Made by a program: the position numbers and the translations under genes. A DNA stretch of 64,000 bases from Lytechinus pictus (taxonomy: Eukaryota). Shown here one piece after another: positions 26,961-39,785 of this stretch. Where the stretch lies: contig NC_087245.1 in NCBI RefSeq assembly GCF_037042905.1, forward strand, positions 11,720,001 to 11,784,000, written 5' to 3'. Each line of letters starts with the position of its first letter. Position 1 is the stretch's first letter. The notes under the pieces are model-generated. The model was not told where the DNA came from. It searched no databases and was given only the letters and a program-made list of their open reading frames with translations.

Positions 26961-27782
26961 TATCAAACTTTTACTTGTGTTTTTAGGCAAGGTATAGAAA
27001 TATGTACTGTAGCTAGGTTTAAGATAACATAATTGTATGAAATATCATACACCTTGGGGTGCATGGGTAAAAAACTACAATATAAGAACTGTAATAAGTA
27101 ATAATGATAATGATAGTCAATGTTAGTAAAAGTGGTTTGGTGTAGTGGTTCTTACTCTTGCTTTGTAATCCCGCCAAGACACTAGCGTTCTTTGGCTACG
27201 TGTCAATGTAGCCAAAGTAGCCTACATTTCTTAATATAACAATTTCATCAACAAAATGAAAACACTTGATCTGAAAAGGCTCAGTTATTAAGGCTTATGT
27301 ATTTTGACATTAAAATGGGTAATGTTGTAAATTGGAAGGAATTCTATTCTTGGAGCAATAGACAAAACAATGCCCAAACATTGAACTGATGTGCAGATGC
27401 GCAAGACTGTTAATTCATCCAATTATCAGATAGTGTATCATTATTGTAATAGTTTGGGAGAATACTTCAGATTGAAATACTTCATGTTTAAGTCTGGTGT
27501 TAGAAATATTGATTTTGGAGCATCAAAGCTTTATTTCATCTGAATATTCTTCAAGGAAATTATAATTCTGGGGGCTGCATATGCTCTTATGAATTTTGCT
27601 ATTTTTTCAGGGTAAAACTATTTCCTAAATGTTGAAATTGACCTTCATAGAAGATTTATTGCATTGTATCTTCAACTTGGAATTTTTATTGTACACTCGC
27701 TGTAAAGTGAAGAATTGTATGGCATTTGTATCGGTTGGATGAAAGGGCTAGATCTTAATAGATATATTTCCAGTTTATTGAA

Positions 27783-29328
<1,546 letters not shown>

Positions 29329-30458
29329 TAAATGGGAAACCCTGACTGAAATGTTCTGCTTTGAATTAAAAAAAAAATCAATTAAGAAAATCACAGAATA
29401 TTTCATCAAAATTGGATGAGAAATTATGATTTTTTTGGGCCCAATTGAAAAATAGTTGTGTTGTAGATACACAGCTCTGATCTCTCATATGTCTCAAAAT
29501 CAACTCAATTGTTGCATAGTCAAAACAACATGCAGATAATCCCTTCCTGAAATAATGAAATTTTTGTTGAAATTCAAGAACTAAATGGTTGTTTGATTGT
29601 ATTCTATTTTATCAACAAACAAATATCATTTTCAGTTCGTGATTATACCTACTGGAAAAAAAAGCCCAATAGGATATATCGTTGTATCAGAATGATGAGA
29701 AAATTGTGTCATTTGAATGCAAGCATTGAAGAAAAGAATGCATGTCTGTATTATAAAAAGATTTATAACAATCCATCTGGAATATATTTTGAATGAATTT
29801 TAAAAGTTTTGTTACTTATTTGTCTATCCTATTTTGTGAATATCTATTAAAACCCTGAGCCATTTCTGTACTTTATACTGGAGACCTGATTGTTAATATT
29901 ATTTCAGTGTTATTTCTGTTTATTCATGCAGCCATGTGTATTTTGCAATTCAAGCCTTAAAGGTCAATAAGCCCACCCAAACAAAAAGTAGATTGGCAAG
30001 AGAAAAAAAAATCGAAAATCAGACAAATGCTGAAAAATTCAACAAAAATTTTGAAGCAAAATAAGAAAGTTATGACATTTTAAATTTTGCTTAGTTTACA
30101 AAACATTTATATACCCAACACAAGAGTCATGTCACTTACTCACTTTGCCGATTATATTGATTGTTTGAATCATACAACGTTAGGTTCATTGTTTGCACAT
30201 TTGACAATAATGAGATTCTTCATTGAATCACAACAATGAAAATCCCACATGGTCAGAGAGGAATCAAACTTTGTTTCACATATTGAGAGAAAGTGATAAA
30301 ATCATTTAAGAAATAGTGAGTGGGAGACGTCATCAATTCACTAATTTGCATCTCGACCAGGATGTGCAAACAACTATTTTGAGAAATTATGCATAATTTT
30401 GATTGTCATAAATTTTTTATCAAACATCCAATTTTGATGAAATTTTCAGTGTTAGGTC

Positions 30459-31405
30459 TTTTTCTCGCCTGCATAGCAGAGCGAGACTATAGACGCGGCT
30501 TTTCTGGCGAAGGCTTCAACATCAAATTTTAACCGAGGGTAAAGTTTTTGAAATGACATCATAACTTAGAAAGTATATGGGCCTTGTTCATGAAACTTGG
30601 ACATAAGGGTAATCAAGCATTATATGACACCTAGATAGATCCTTGTGATGTGATTGGTTGTTTGATATCGTTCATTCACTCCAATTTGCAATGACGTCAC
30701 CAACCGTGCAATTTTGGATCTATACGATTTTGTCCATTGAACGTGCACACCGAAACTGCAGCTGCAGGTAGGCACTAGCAGTGCGCGTGTTGTAATGACG
30801 TAACAATCAACAGACCGAACTCGCACTGCATGAGCATGTTTCGCATCGAAATTCATAAATTTCATTATGAAAAAAAAAAATCAATTTTTAAGGTTTCATA
30901 TAAACCAAATGATGATTTTTTTTTCATTCGTGCAATGGACAGAATACATCATTCGGTGAAAGATGAAATAATGACCCATTCAACTCGGCTACGCCTTGTT
31001 GAATGGATCATTTCACCTCATGAAGTATTCTGTCCATTGCACTCATAAACATTCATTATTTGTATACTACTGAACATCCTGCAGGAGTTTTAGGTCACAT
31101 GACCAAGGTCAATGAACTTTTGCCGTTTAGGGGGTATTTGTTGAATTGCGGATCTAGTTACTGAAATGTGGACGGACATTAGGGTAATCAAGTATCACTG
31201 ATCGTCTTGCACAAGTCTTTGGTCACACAATCTAGGTAAAATGTCATTTAGGGTCAGTGAACATAGTATTTTATCGTCATATGAATGGTATTTTTGTGAA
31301 TGATTATTCTATAGTCGTTTTCAAAGTCAGCATTGCTGCTACATTGAATCGCGTAATGCAGGTGAGACTGCCAGAGGTGCTCCCCGGGGGTGCTCCACTT
31401 GTTTC
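30459..31405 (+). mobile_element. Helentron/HINE-like element interrupted by an insertion
   Basis: 5' tctcgcctgcatagcagagcgagac and 3' subterminal inverted tgcaggtgagac; T-rich flanks; same family as 62420-63190. Confidence 0.65.
30622..31066. mobile_element. Crypton-like non-autonomous insertion
   Basis: Splits the host at aatcaagcatt|actactgaacatcc. Nested inverted repeats tgcaatggacagaatac/gtattctgtccattgca surround attcaactcggctacgccttgttgaat. Family call is from my recollection of this motif. Confidence 0.5.
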
Positions 31406-31627
31406 AATTCTTTTTCTCTTTTTATTCAAATCAATGTTCTTGTTTGGGTAGACTTGCCCTTTGAATTTATATTTATTGCATGTGTGTGTGCATGTGATTG
31501 CAGTTGTACAATGTGTATCAATCATATATCAGTGGCGGATCTAGGTGTTTAGCGGGTTAAACCTCGGCTTAACCCATTTGGTTTACCACTAATTTTGTCT
31601 AATCTTGAGTTGGTCTGAGATCTGCAT

Positions 31628-32710
31628 GGTCTAATACCCACTACGTCCAATAACCATGTTGTCTAATGCTGTTAAGTCCATTATTATTTCGTTTTATAGC
31701 CATTTCGTCCAATAGCCAGTTATTCTAAGAGCCACTTCTATATCCAGCTCATCTAACCTCATTGCCAGTTGGTCCAATTCCCACTTGGTCCAATTGACAG
31801 TATTTCCAATTAATACCCACTTGGTCCATTCGACAGTTCAGCCAATTTTCACTTGGTCTAATGCCCGTTACTGGGGGCAGGTGCAGATCCAGGGGGTGAA
31901 TGGGTGGGTCCCCCTCCTAAGAGCCATTTCTTTCAATAGCCATTTCGTCTAATAGCAAGTTCTTCTACCTTCATTGCCAGTTGGTCAAATTGCCATTTTG
32001 CTCCAATACCCACTTGGTCCAATTGCCATTTTGCTCCAATACCCACTTGGTCCAATTGACAGTTTGTCCACTTTCCACGTGGTCGAATTACCATTTTGTC
32101 CACTCGTAATTTTGTCTAGTAACCAGTTGGCCCAATAGCCATTTAATCCATGTACTATTTGGTCTAATTTGACTAAGTGTTAATTGGGCGATATGAAAGG
32201 AAATAAAATGGATATTAGATCAACTGGTTATGAGACGAAATGGTCATAGACGAACTGACTATTGGACGAAATGGCTATTGTAAGCAAGTGCCTATTGGAC
32301 GAAATGGCTGTTAGATTGGGGACCCATTAACCCCCTGGATCAGTGCCTGCCCCCAGTAACAGGTATTGGACCAATTGGGCGAACTGACCAACTGTCAATT
32401 GGACCCAGTCGGTATTGGACAAAAATGGCAATTGAACAACTGTCAATGAAGTTAGACGAAATGGCTATTGGAAGAAATGTCTATTAAATGAAGTGGCATT
32501 TAGACGAAATGGTTCTTGGAGGAAGTGGATATTGGATGAAATGGGTCTAAGAGGAAGTGGCTATTGGACATAATTGCTCTTAGACGAAGTGACCCTTAGA
32601 GAAACTGGCTATCGGACGAAATGGCTATTGAACAAAATAGTGTTGGACCAAACGGCATTAGATGACATGGCCATTGGACGAAATGGCATTGGACGTAGTG
32701 GCAAATCACC
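31628..32710. mobile_element. Foldback element with inverted arrays of ~20-bp repeats
   Basis: Left arm repeats ccatttcgtccaatag/ccacttggtccaat, right arm repeats ctattggacgaaatgg; termini ccactacgtccaa/ttggacgtagtgg. Confidence 0.8.
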
Positions 32711-34054
32711 CCCGCCCACTCACAGACATGACAGACATATACTACCCCTGATTTTGTCTCTAACCCAATACCCTATTATCAATCTTTACTCCATTATAAT
32801 TGTCAAATTACCAAAATGTGCATTGTCCAAAATTTGCAGACATATCACGTTATATCTGCATATTTTGGTTACAAAAAATCCTGTCAGGCATCGGTGCACT
32901 ATCGGCACATTTTGGTAACATTTTTTTTTAAATAAAAATGTGCCGTAACTAAGTTACTGCACATTCTGGTAAATTGCACAAAGTTTTTGTGATTTACCAA
33001 AATGTGCCGTAACAGAGATAGCCCTGTGGAAGATAATGCCGTGATTTTTATTATTTGAACATTGATTTTCAATTGTACAAAATATTTTTTGTATTGAACT
33101 AAATAAACAAATCAATAAGACATTCGAAGTACTTTAACTATAAGCATGATAAGATATGTATCAGGATAGGTATGTGAACGCATATTTATTGGTTATTACT
33201 TAATTTAGCTGGTTATTAGCAAGTATCTGAAAACTGCGTTTCGATACTGCAACAAATAAACAAATTATCAAAATAATTTTAGTTAAAGTATCTTCTTTCT
33301 TCTTTATCTACATATCACATGTGACAAAATAATTTTTTAAAATACTGAGTTATCTTTCATATCTTGAAGATTCAGTTTTGAGTATTTCTAAATTATGTCC
33401 TTATTATATCCGTATAATGTCCAAATTGGCTGGCAATATTTCCTTAAAGTTCACAATGCTGGCGATGATGAAATTTATGTTGAAACGCGATGGATAATTA
33501 GAGACACTGTAACTAGTTGAATAGAAGGTGAAGTTGATGATATTAAACAGTCGATTTCTGCAATCAATGGGTTAACAAATCATCTGTAGAACAGGTTGAT
33601 GATCTCGATGAGAACTGAGAATTCCTCTCTCAAAATAACTGCAAACAGTTCATTGATGGTGTGCAAATAATTCCACAGAAGATAAATGTTGTATTCCAGA
33701 TGGAAATAAACTATGCTCTAACATGAAGTCTGGTGTGAAACTCAGATTTCTGATCTGATATGATGATGACCTTGAAGAAACTGCCAGCTTATATATATAA
33801 ATTAAAATTTTCAACTCGCGTTTCGCACTCGCATCAATTGTTTAGAAATACGTATACCCATCATGTTCACGGTTACAAAAAATGCTTAGAATATCCGATC
33901 GGGAAACATATAGAAGAAAATACTTTCCACCCCCCCCCCCCCCGGCCCTTATTAGCGAAAGTTGGATCCGCCCCTGGTACTGGTAAATACATGTCAGCTC
34001 CCGCTCACATAGTTTTAGTAGGGCATACTCTGATGAGAAGTTGAAACCCCAAAG

Positions 34055-35179
34055 CAGGGGCGGATCCAGCTCCCGCCAATAGGGGGGGGGGCGAAATTTT
34101 TTCACCCATATTTTCCCCGATCGGGGAAATATTGTTTCTTTGAAGGGGTTGTCTCAGTAGCGTAATGAGGCAAAAATTTTGAGGGGGCTTGATACGGCAT
34201 ATCGTGTAAAATTAATAATAATTTTTTTGACATTTTAATTACAAAAATAAAAGTTTGTGATAGATTTTGACATGACATTTGAAAAATCATAGGCCTATTT
34301 TTCACACTTATTTCCTTTTCTCCCCATTTTCTTGGTCGTGATTTTTTTTGGGGGGGAGGCAAAACGCCGATGTCCTAACAGTCATTTCTCAGCTTTATTA
34401 TAAAATTTTGACCCAGGACCTGGACATTTTGTCATATGAAAAGAATGACCATCTTCCTATTCCTCTTCCTAAGCGCGATATGAAACTTGTCGATATTCCT
34501 TTCTGTAAAGGGAACAATAATATTTAGTTATTAGGGATTCATGAAAATTTATCATATTTATAAATGTAATAAGCCTAATGAGTGAGTGAAATTTGTTGAC
34601 ATTTGAGGCCTGAAAACTGGATATTTTAAGCACTTTTGTAATCATGAATAGGATTTATGAGTTGATATATTTTTTAACTTAATGCGAGCGCAAATCGCGA
34701 AACGAAATTTTTGATAAACTGTCATAAAAAGTGGATTTTAAGTAGTTTGTCATAGAATTAATATATAAAGAATCTTACCTATACTTTGCAAATCAAATAA
34801 TGGGAGCGCACAGCGCAAAAAGCTGCAAATGATATTCACACCATAAACGAACATTTTACAGAGCACTTAAAAAAATAAATTTGTAAATCAAACAAAATAA
34901 TGAAAGCTCGATGTCCGAGCTGAAATATATTTTGTATATTGACTTCAAAACTTGATATTTTAAGCTACATATAATACCTATTGAGCAAGGTATGTATTTA
35001 ATAAAGTGACATGAAATATATATTTTTAAATCATGCTCTAAGTCTTCCCCTAACGTTATTTTATTCACTCGTCTCCCTCCTCTTATTTTGCTCTTTTTCT
35101 TTTTTTTTCTTTCTTTCCCCTTTTTTCTTGTTTTTTTGCACCGCCAATAGGGGGGCTGGCCCCCCTGGATCCGCCTATG
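34055..35179. mobile_element. hAT-like non-autonomous element
   Basis: caggggcggatccag...ctggatccgcctatg termini; interior similar to 49020-51719; no clean TSD. Confidence 0.7.
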
Positions 35180-35489
35180 CTAAAGTGCTTAAAATTCTAT
35201 GCTTTCAGGGGGCCGTTTCATAAAGTAGATCGTAAGTAATTATATACGAGCGACTTTAAGAACGACTGGTGATCCTTTTTAGAGCGTATGAAAGGTTCAC
35301 CAGTCGCTCTTAACTTAAGAACAGCTTTATGAAACACCCACCTGGTCGCACTTATTCTTTTTAAAAAGTGGTATGACAACATATTCATGGATATATGAAC
35401 ACATTAAAAAAAGTGGTTTTCGATTGCCGTTTTTTTTTACGTGATTATGGAATAAGATAATCCGACATGCATTTAAGGCACCTAATAGC

Positions 35490-37164
35490 AAAGGCGGATC
35501 CAGGGGGCCCCGGCCCCCCCCCCCCCCTATTGGCGGAGCAAAAAAAGGGGAAAGAAAGAAAAAAAATAAAAGAAGGGAAGAGAGAGGAGAAAAAAGGGGG
35601 AAACAAAAGAGGAAGAAGACGAGTGAATAAAATAAGATAAGGGGAAGACTTGGAAAATTATTGAGAAAATCTTTCATGTCACTAAATAAAATTTTCGCTC
35701 GCATTGCATTCTAGGTGATTTACATATCTTGTTCAATATGGAGTTTAAATATCAATATATAATATACAAAACATATTTCATCTAGGAAATCGAACTTTCA
35801 TTATTTTGTGTGATTTTCAAATTGATTTTTTAAAAGTGCCCTGTAAAAATGTCAGTTTTATGGTCTGAATATTAACATTTTCTGCTCGCGCTGCGCGCTC
35901 GCAAATTTAGATTTATCAGGTACCTATTATTTTCGTGTATTCCATAAAGTTTTCAAAATATCCCTTTTCAGGTCTGATTGTCAAAACATATCAGCTAGCG
36001 CTGCACGCTCGCATTTTGATTGGCGAGTTATGTATGTATCAATATTGATTATACAACAAACTACTTAAAATCCTTTTCATGACGGTGTATTTTGCAATTT
36101 TGCAATTTTGCAATTTGCACTCGCATTAATGATTAATAATATATTGACTGATGTATCCTAGTTATAATTACAAAAGTGATTGAAATGTCAAGTTTTCAGG
36201 CCATCATATCATCAGATTTCGCGCTCTCATTAGGCATTAATGAATAAGATATTAATTTAATAGTTGAATTGTCCCTTTTGTTTCATCTCGAGAATAGCAA
36301 GAGGAAACGGAAGACAGTCTTCATTTTCATATGATGACATGTCCTAAGGACATTATCATGATCCAGTTTCAGATAACAATATCAAAAATGTTCTGCTCGC
36401 GCTTTGTGCTCTCATTATCAATGTAGAAAGATCCTTACTCATTCTTTTCATGATTTACAAAACATGAATAGAGTGTTCCGTTTTTAGGTCTAAATCTCGA
36501 TTTTTTTTTCGCTCGCGCTTTGCGCTCGCATCAATTGTTTAGTTATATAGATCTTGTTCACGATTATAAAAATTGATTAAAATTTTCCATTCTTTATGTA
36601 GAAATGTCAATTTCTTTTAAGCTCGCGCTTCGCGCTCGCATGATTTGATTGTTGAAATAGGTAACATCTTCATGGCTAAGTGGCAGGTACCTTTTCGATC
36701 AGTTCAAATCGCATATGTGAATTTTCTGCTCGCGCTTTGCGCTCGCATTATTAATGTAAGGAAGATCCCCAATTACTCATCCTTTTCATGATTTACAAAA
36801 CATGAATAGAGTGTCTCGTTCAGTAGGTCGAAATTTTCCGCTCGCGCTTCGCGCTCGCATTAATTGTTTAGTTATATACCTGTTTAATTCTGTTTAAGTT
36901 ACAAAAAGTGCTTAGAATTTCTATTATTCGGGTAAAAATGTCAAAAAATTTCAGCTCGCGCTTCGCGCTCGCATTATTTGATTTTTAAAATATGTAACGT
37001 CTTCATGACTAACTGCATGCAATCTTTAACAGGTACCTTTTCCATCAGTTCATTTCTGGTCGCGCTTCGCGTTCGTAGTAATTATTGAGCTGCATATACA
37101 CATCTTTTTCAGGATAACAAACATTGCCCAGAATGTTCAAATTTTAGGGAAAATACATAAGATT
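35490..37164. mobile_element. hAT-like non-autonomous element, truncated by the Gypsy LTR
   Basis: Starts aggcggatccaggggg; inverted homolog of 49020-51719; repeated gctcgcgcttcgcgctcgc; similarity stops exactly at the LTR edge. Confidence 0.75.
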
Positions 37165-38583
37165 TGTTACCCCTCCCTGGATGGGATGGGCGTTAAAACT
37201 GTAAATAATAATGAAGAGAGAAACAATTGTCAGTCACATGTAGTTTGTATGGGCATCAACAAGGTAATGATCATACGTTTATTAAAAAGAATGTCACAAG
37301 AACCATGTCAAATAACAATCAATATCAAGGAAATACATTATCTATCAAACTAATTTCTCAACTTATGATTATATTTACTTGTTCCTTATCATACTTAGAT
37401 AATAAACGAATGTAACTACTAATCAATACAACTAAAACGTCTAACAATCAGTCTAAATTACATGTTAGAATATCTCCTAATTCTTATTAATAATATCTAA
37501 TTCTAATAACCAAACATTAAAGAAATAAAGTCTGAACTACTAGACTAAATGATAAGAGAACACATGGCCAATGGATACAGGGGAATACATCCTAAAGCCT
37601 CAGATCTAAACTGTTAAGATGGTCCCTGATTCTTATGGAACTTTTATGTACAAGTTGAGAACTTTCTTTGTTCTGACATCCAAAAAGAATCCCTTGCCAT
37701 TTCTGAGTTAACTCTCTCACTCTTGGAATCACTAACCAATATACACTAACATACTACCACTGTCTTCCAGCATGCTATATGGCTTAATAACTCCTAATCT
37801 ACCACTAACTCCTAACATATCTTAAAAGTAAACACAAGTTCCAGGAGTCAAGGTAACAAGCTGAAAGTTGAAGAGCCTATTTACATAACACGTTGATATC
37901 AGATACTTTCTTGAGAAGAACAAAGAACAAGAGTATGCAGTACAGGTATATATATGCCCATGCACCTCTTAGTACCGAATCTAATATCATATACAGTTCA
38001 AGTACACATTTAGAAAGAAATATCAAAATAATATACTGATCAATGCCTATTTCTATTTCTATACCAAAAGCCTCAGTAACAACTATAGCTAATAATATAT
38101 ATGTTCTAACTATTGGTGAATATCTCTGTATTGAGATGTCAGTGATATATAACAGTATACTCTCAATTATAATGTTCATCCTATCCAATCAGTCTATATA
38201 CTTTAAGGAAGACATATACAACAAAAGTACCATCACAATCATATCAACAGCATATATCTCTACAACAGTTTTGGGTAGTAATAACAATAAAAATGTATCT
38301 TTTCTTACCTGTAAATAATAATGAAGAGAGAAACAATTGTCAGTCACATGTAGTTTGTATGGGCATCAACAACAAGGTAATGATGACCAACCACATGCTT
38401 GACAACTGAGATGGAGGTTTTGGGTTGCTCCACTATAAAATAGGGGTGTGCAAGTGTTCTAATTGCGGGTTATATAATACACTGAAAATGAATGGATGGT
38501 ATATATGAATAAGTAAAGCTGAGTGAATTTTGTAGGGGTAGTGAATTTTTGTAGGGGTGCCCTATCTTTGGAGGGGCCTCACA
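37165..38583 (-). repeat. 3' LTR of the Gypsy element (~1.42 kb)
   Basis: Minus strand starts TGTGAGGCCCCTCC directly after the polypurine tract and ends GGAGGGGTAACA; TATA-like tatataa at ~38470-38476. Confidence 0.75.
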
Positions 38584-38596
38584 TCTTTCCCTCCTC
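38584..38596 (-). other. Polypurine tract
   Basis: gaggagggaaaga abutting the LTR TG on the minus strand. Confidence 0.8.
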
Positions 38597-39785
38597 AAAG
38601 AAATGTCGTCCTTGACATTTACAACAATATTTACAAGTAACGAATACATATATGCTAATCAACGAAAAGAAAATATCGATACAAAATGGCTGTCCAATTT
38701 ATCAAGGGGATTACTCCTGACACAAAATTCTGATCTACAATTTGTATGCAAAATGGTCGTGTATAAACACATGTCTATACTCAAATGAATTTTCGCAGAA
38801 GAATAATATCCTAAATATCGCAAGTTCAAGAACATTGCGTGAAAAGTGTAAACATACCAGGCGGCCTTTCCTGATAGTATACAACTCTCGATCAATTAGA
38901 TCTTTATACGAAAAAAAAAATAATTCATACAACACATTAGTGTGCTTGAGCAGCTAGTCCATTAAACAAAAAAAACTTGAGAGAGATGCCTGATAACTAA
39001 TGCATTCTACATTTCATAGCTATATGACTATAAAAAAATGAAATTTAGAAATGCCTATGTCAACTGCGCAGTGTCTAATTTAAGTCTCTGTGCATCTCAT
39101 CTCCCAAAACAAATCTCTATCTGATCATTAAAAAGTTCTTCCAAACTATTAATTTCGAAAATGATTTTCAATCAGAGTTCTTCAGCACACGAAATTCAGG
39201 TACACATGCTGATTCAGCGTGGAATACTGGGACGGTTGGTTTAGATATACTCCACCTTGGTTGGGGTAAGAGTAAATGCTATTACTGCTTGGCACATATT
39301 CTGGGGAATACACCGTCTGTTGTGGGGGCATGTGGACATACATTCCACCTATATTCGAGTTCACACTTTGCATGTCTGGTTCTCCAAGTCCACTGTAGGT
39401 GAATTGGTTAGGAGGTCGTCGATCCCTTGCAGGCCATCGAGGCAAGTTAACCTCATCCGGTGTAAGGACCTGGTCTGTTGGGTTGTCGACAGGCTGCATC
39501 TCATCCAGTCCGGTTCGCTGCATATCAAGATAAGCATCATCTCTGCGATATCCAGATGCTGGTTTCCATCTACAGTCGCTGTCGGGTTTGGTAGAGGTTG
39601 GCCTCCTTCAGAAGTAGTCCTTCATCAAGCCTGGTGCCCTCAAGGTCCGCAGGTTCAGGGATTCGCAGATGAATGTCCTCAACGGGATCAGAGCAGTCTA
39701 AAGGTGCCTGCTCTGCCACCGGCGAGTCTACCCTGGATGTCTCTTCTAGTGCATCAGAAGCTGCTCGACGATAATACTCAGTCAA

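Noticed and set aside
26362..27059. Direct repeat aatatcatacaccttgggg as the TSD of the LINE remnant
   Set aside because: The second copy lies ~80 bp beyond the LINE tail, so it does not abut the element.
33400..33790. Coding-like composition
   Set aside because: I found no sustained ORF or recognisable motif on either strand.
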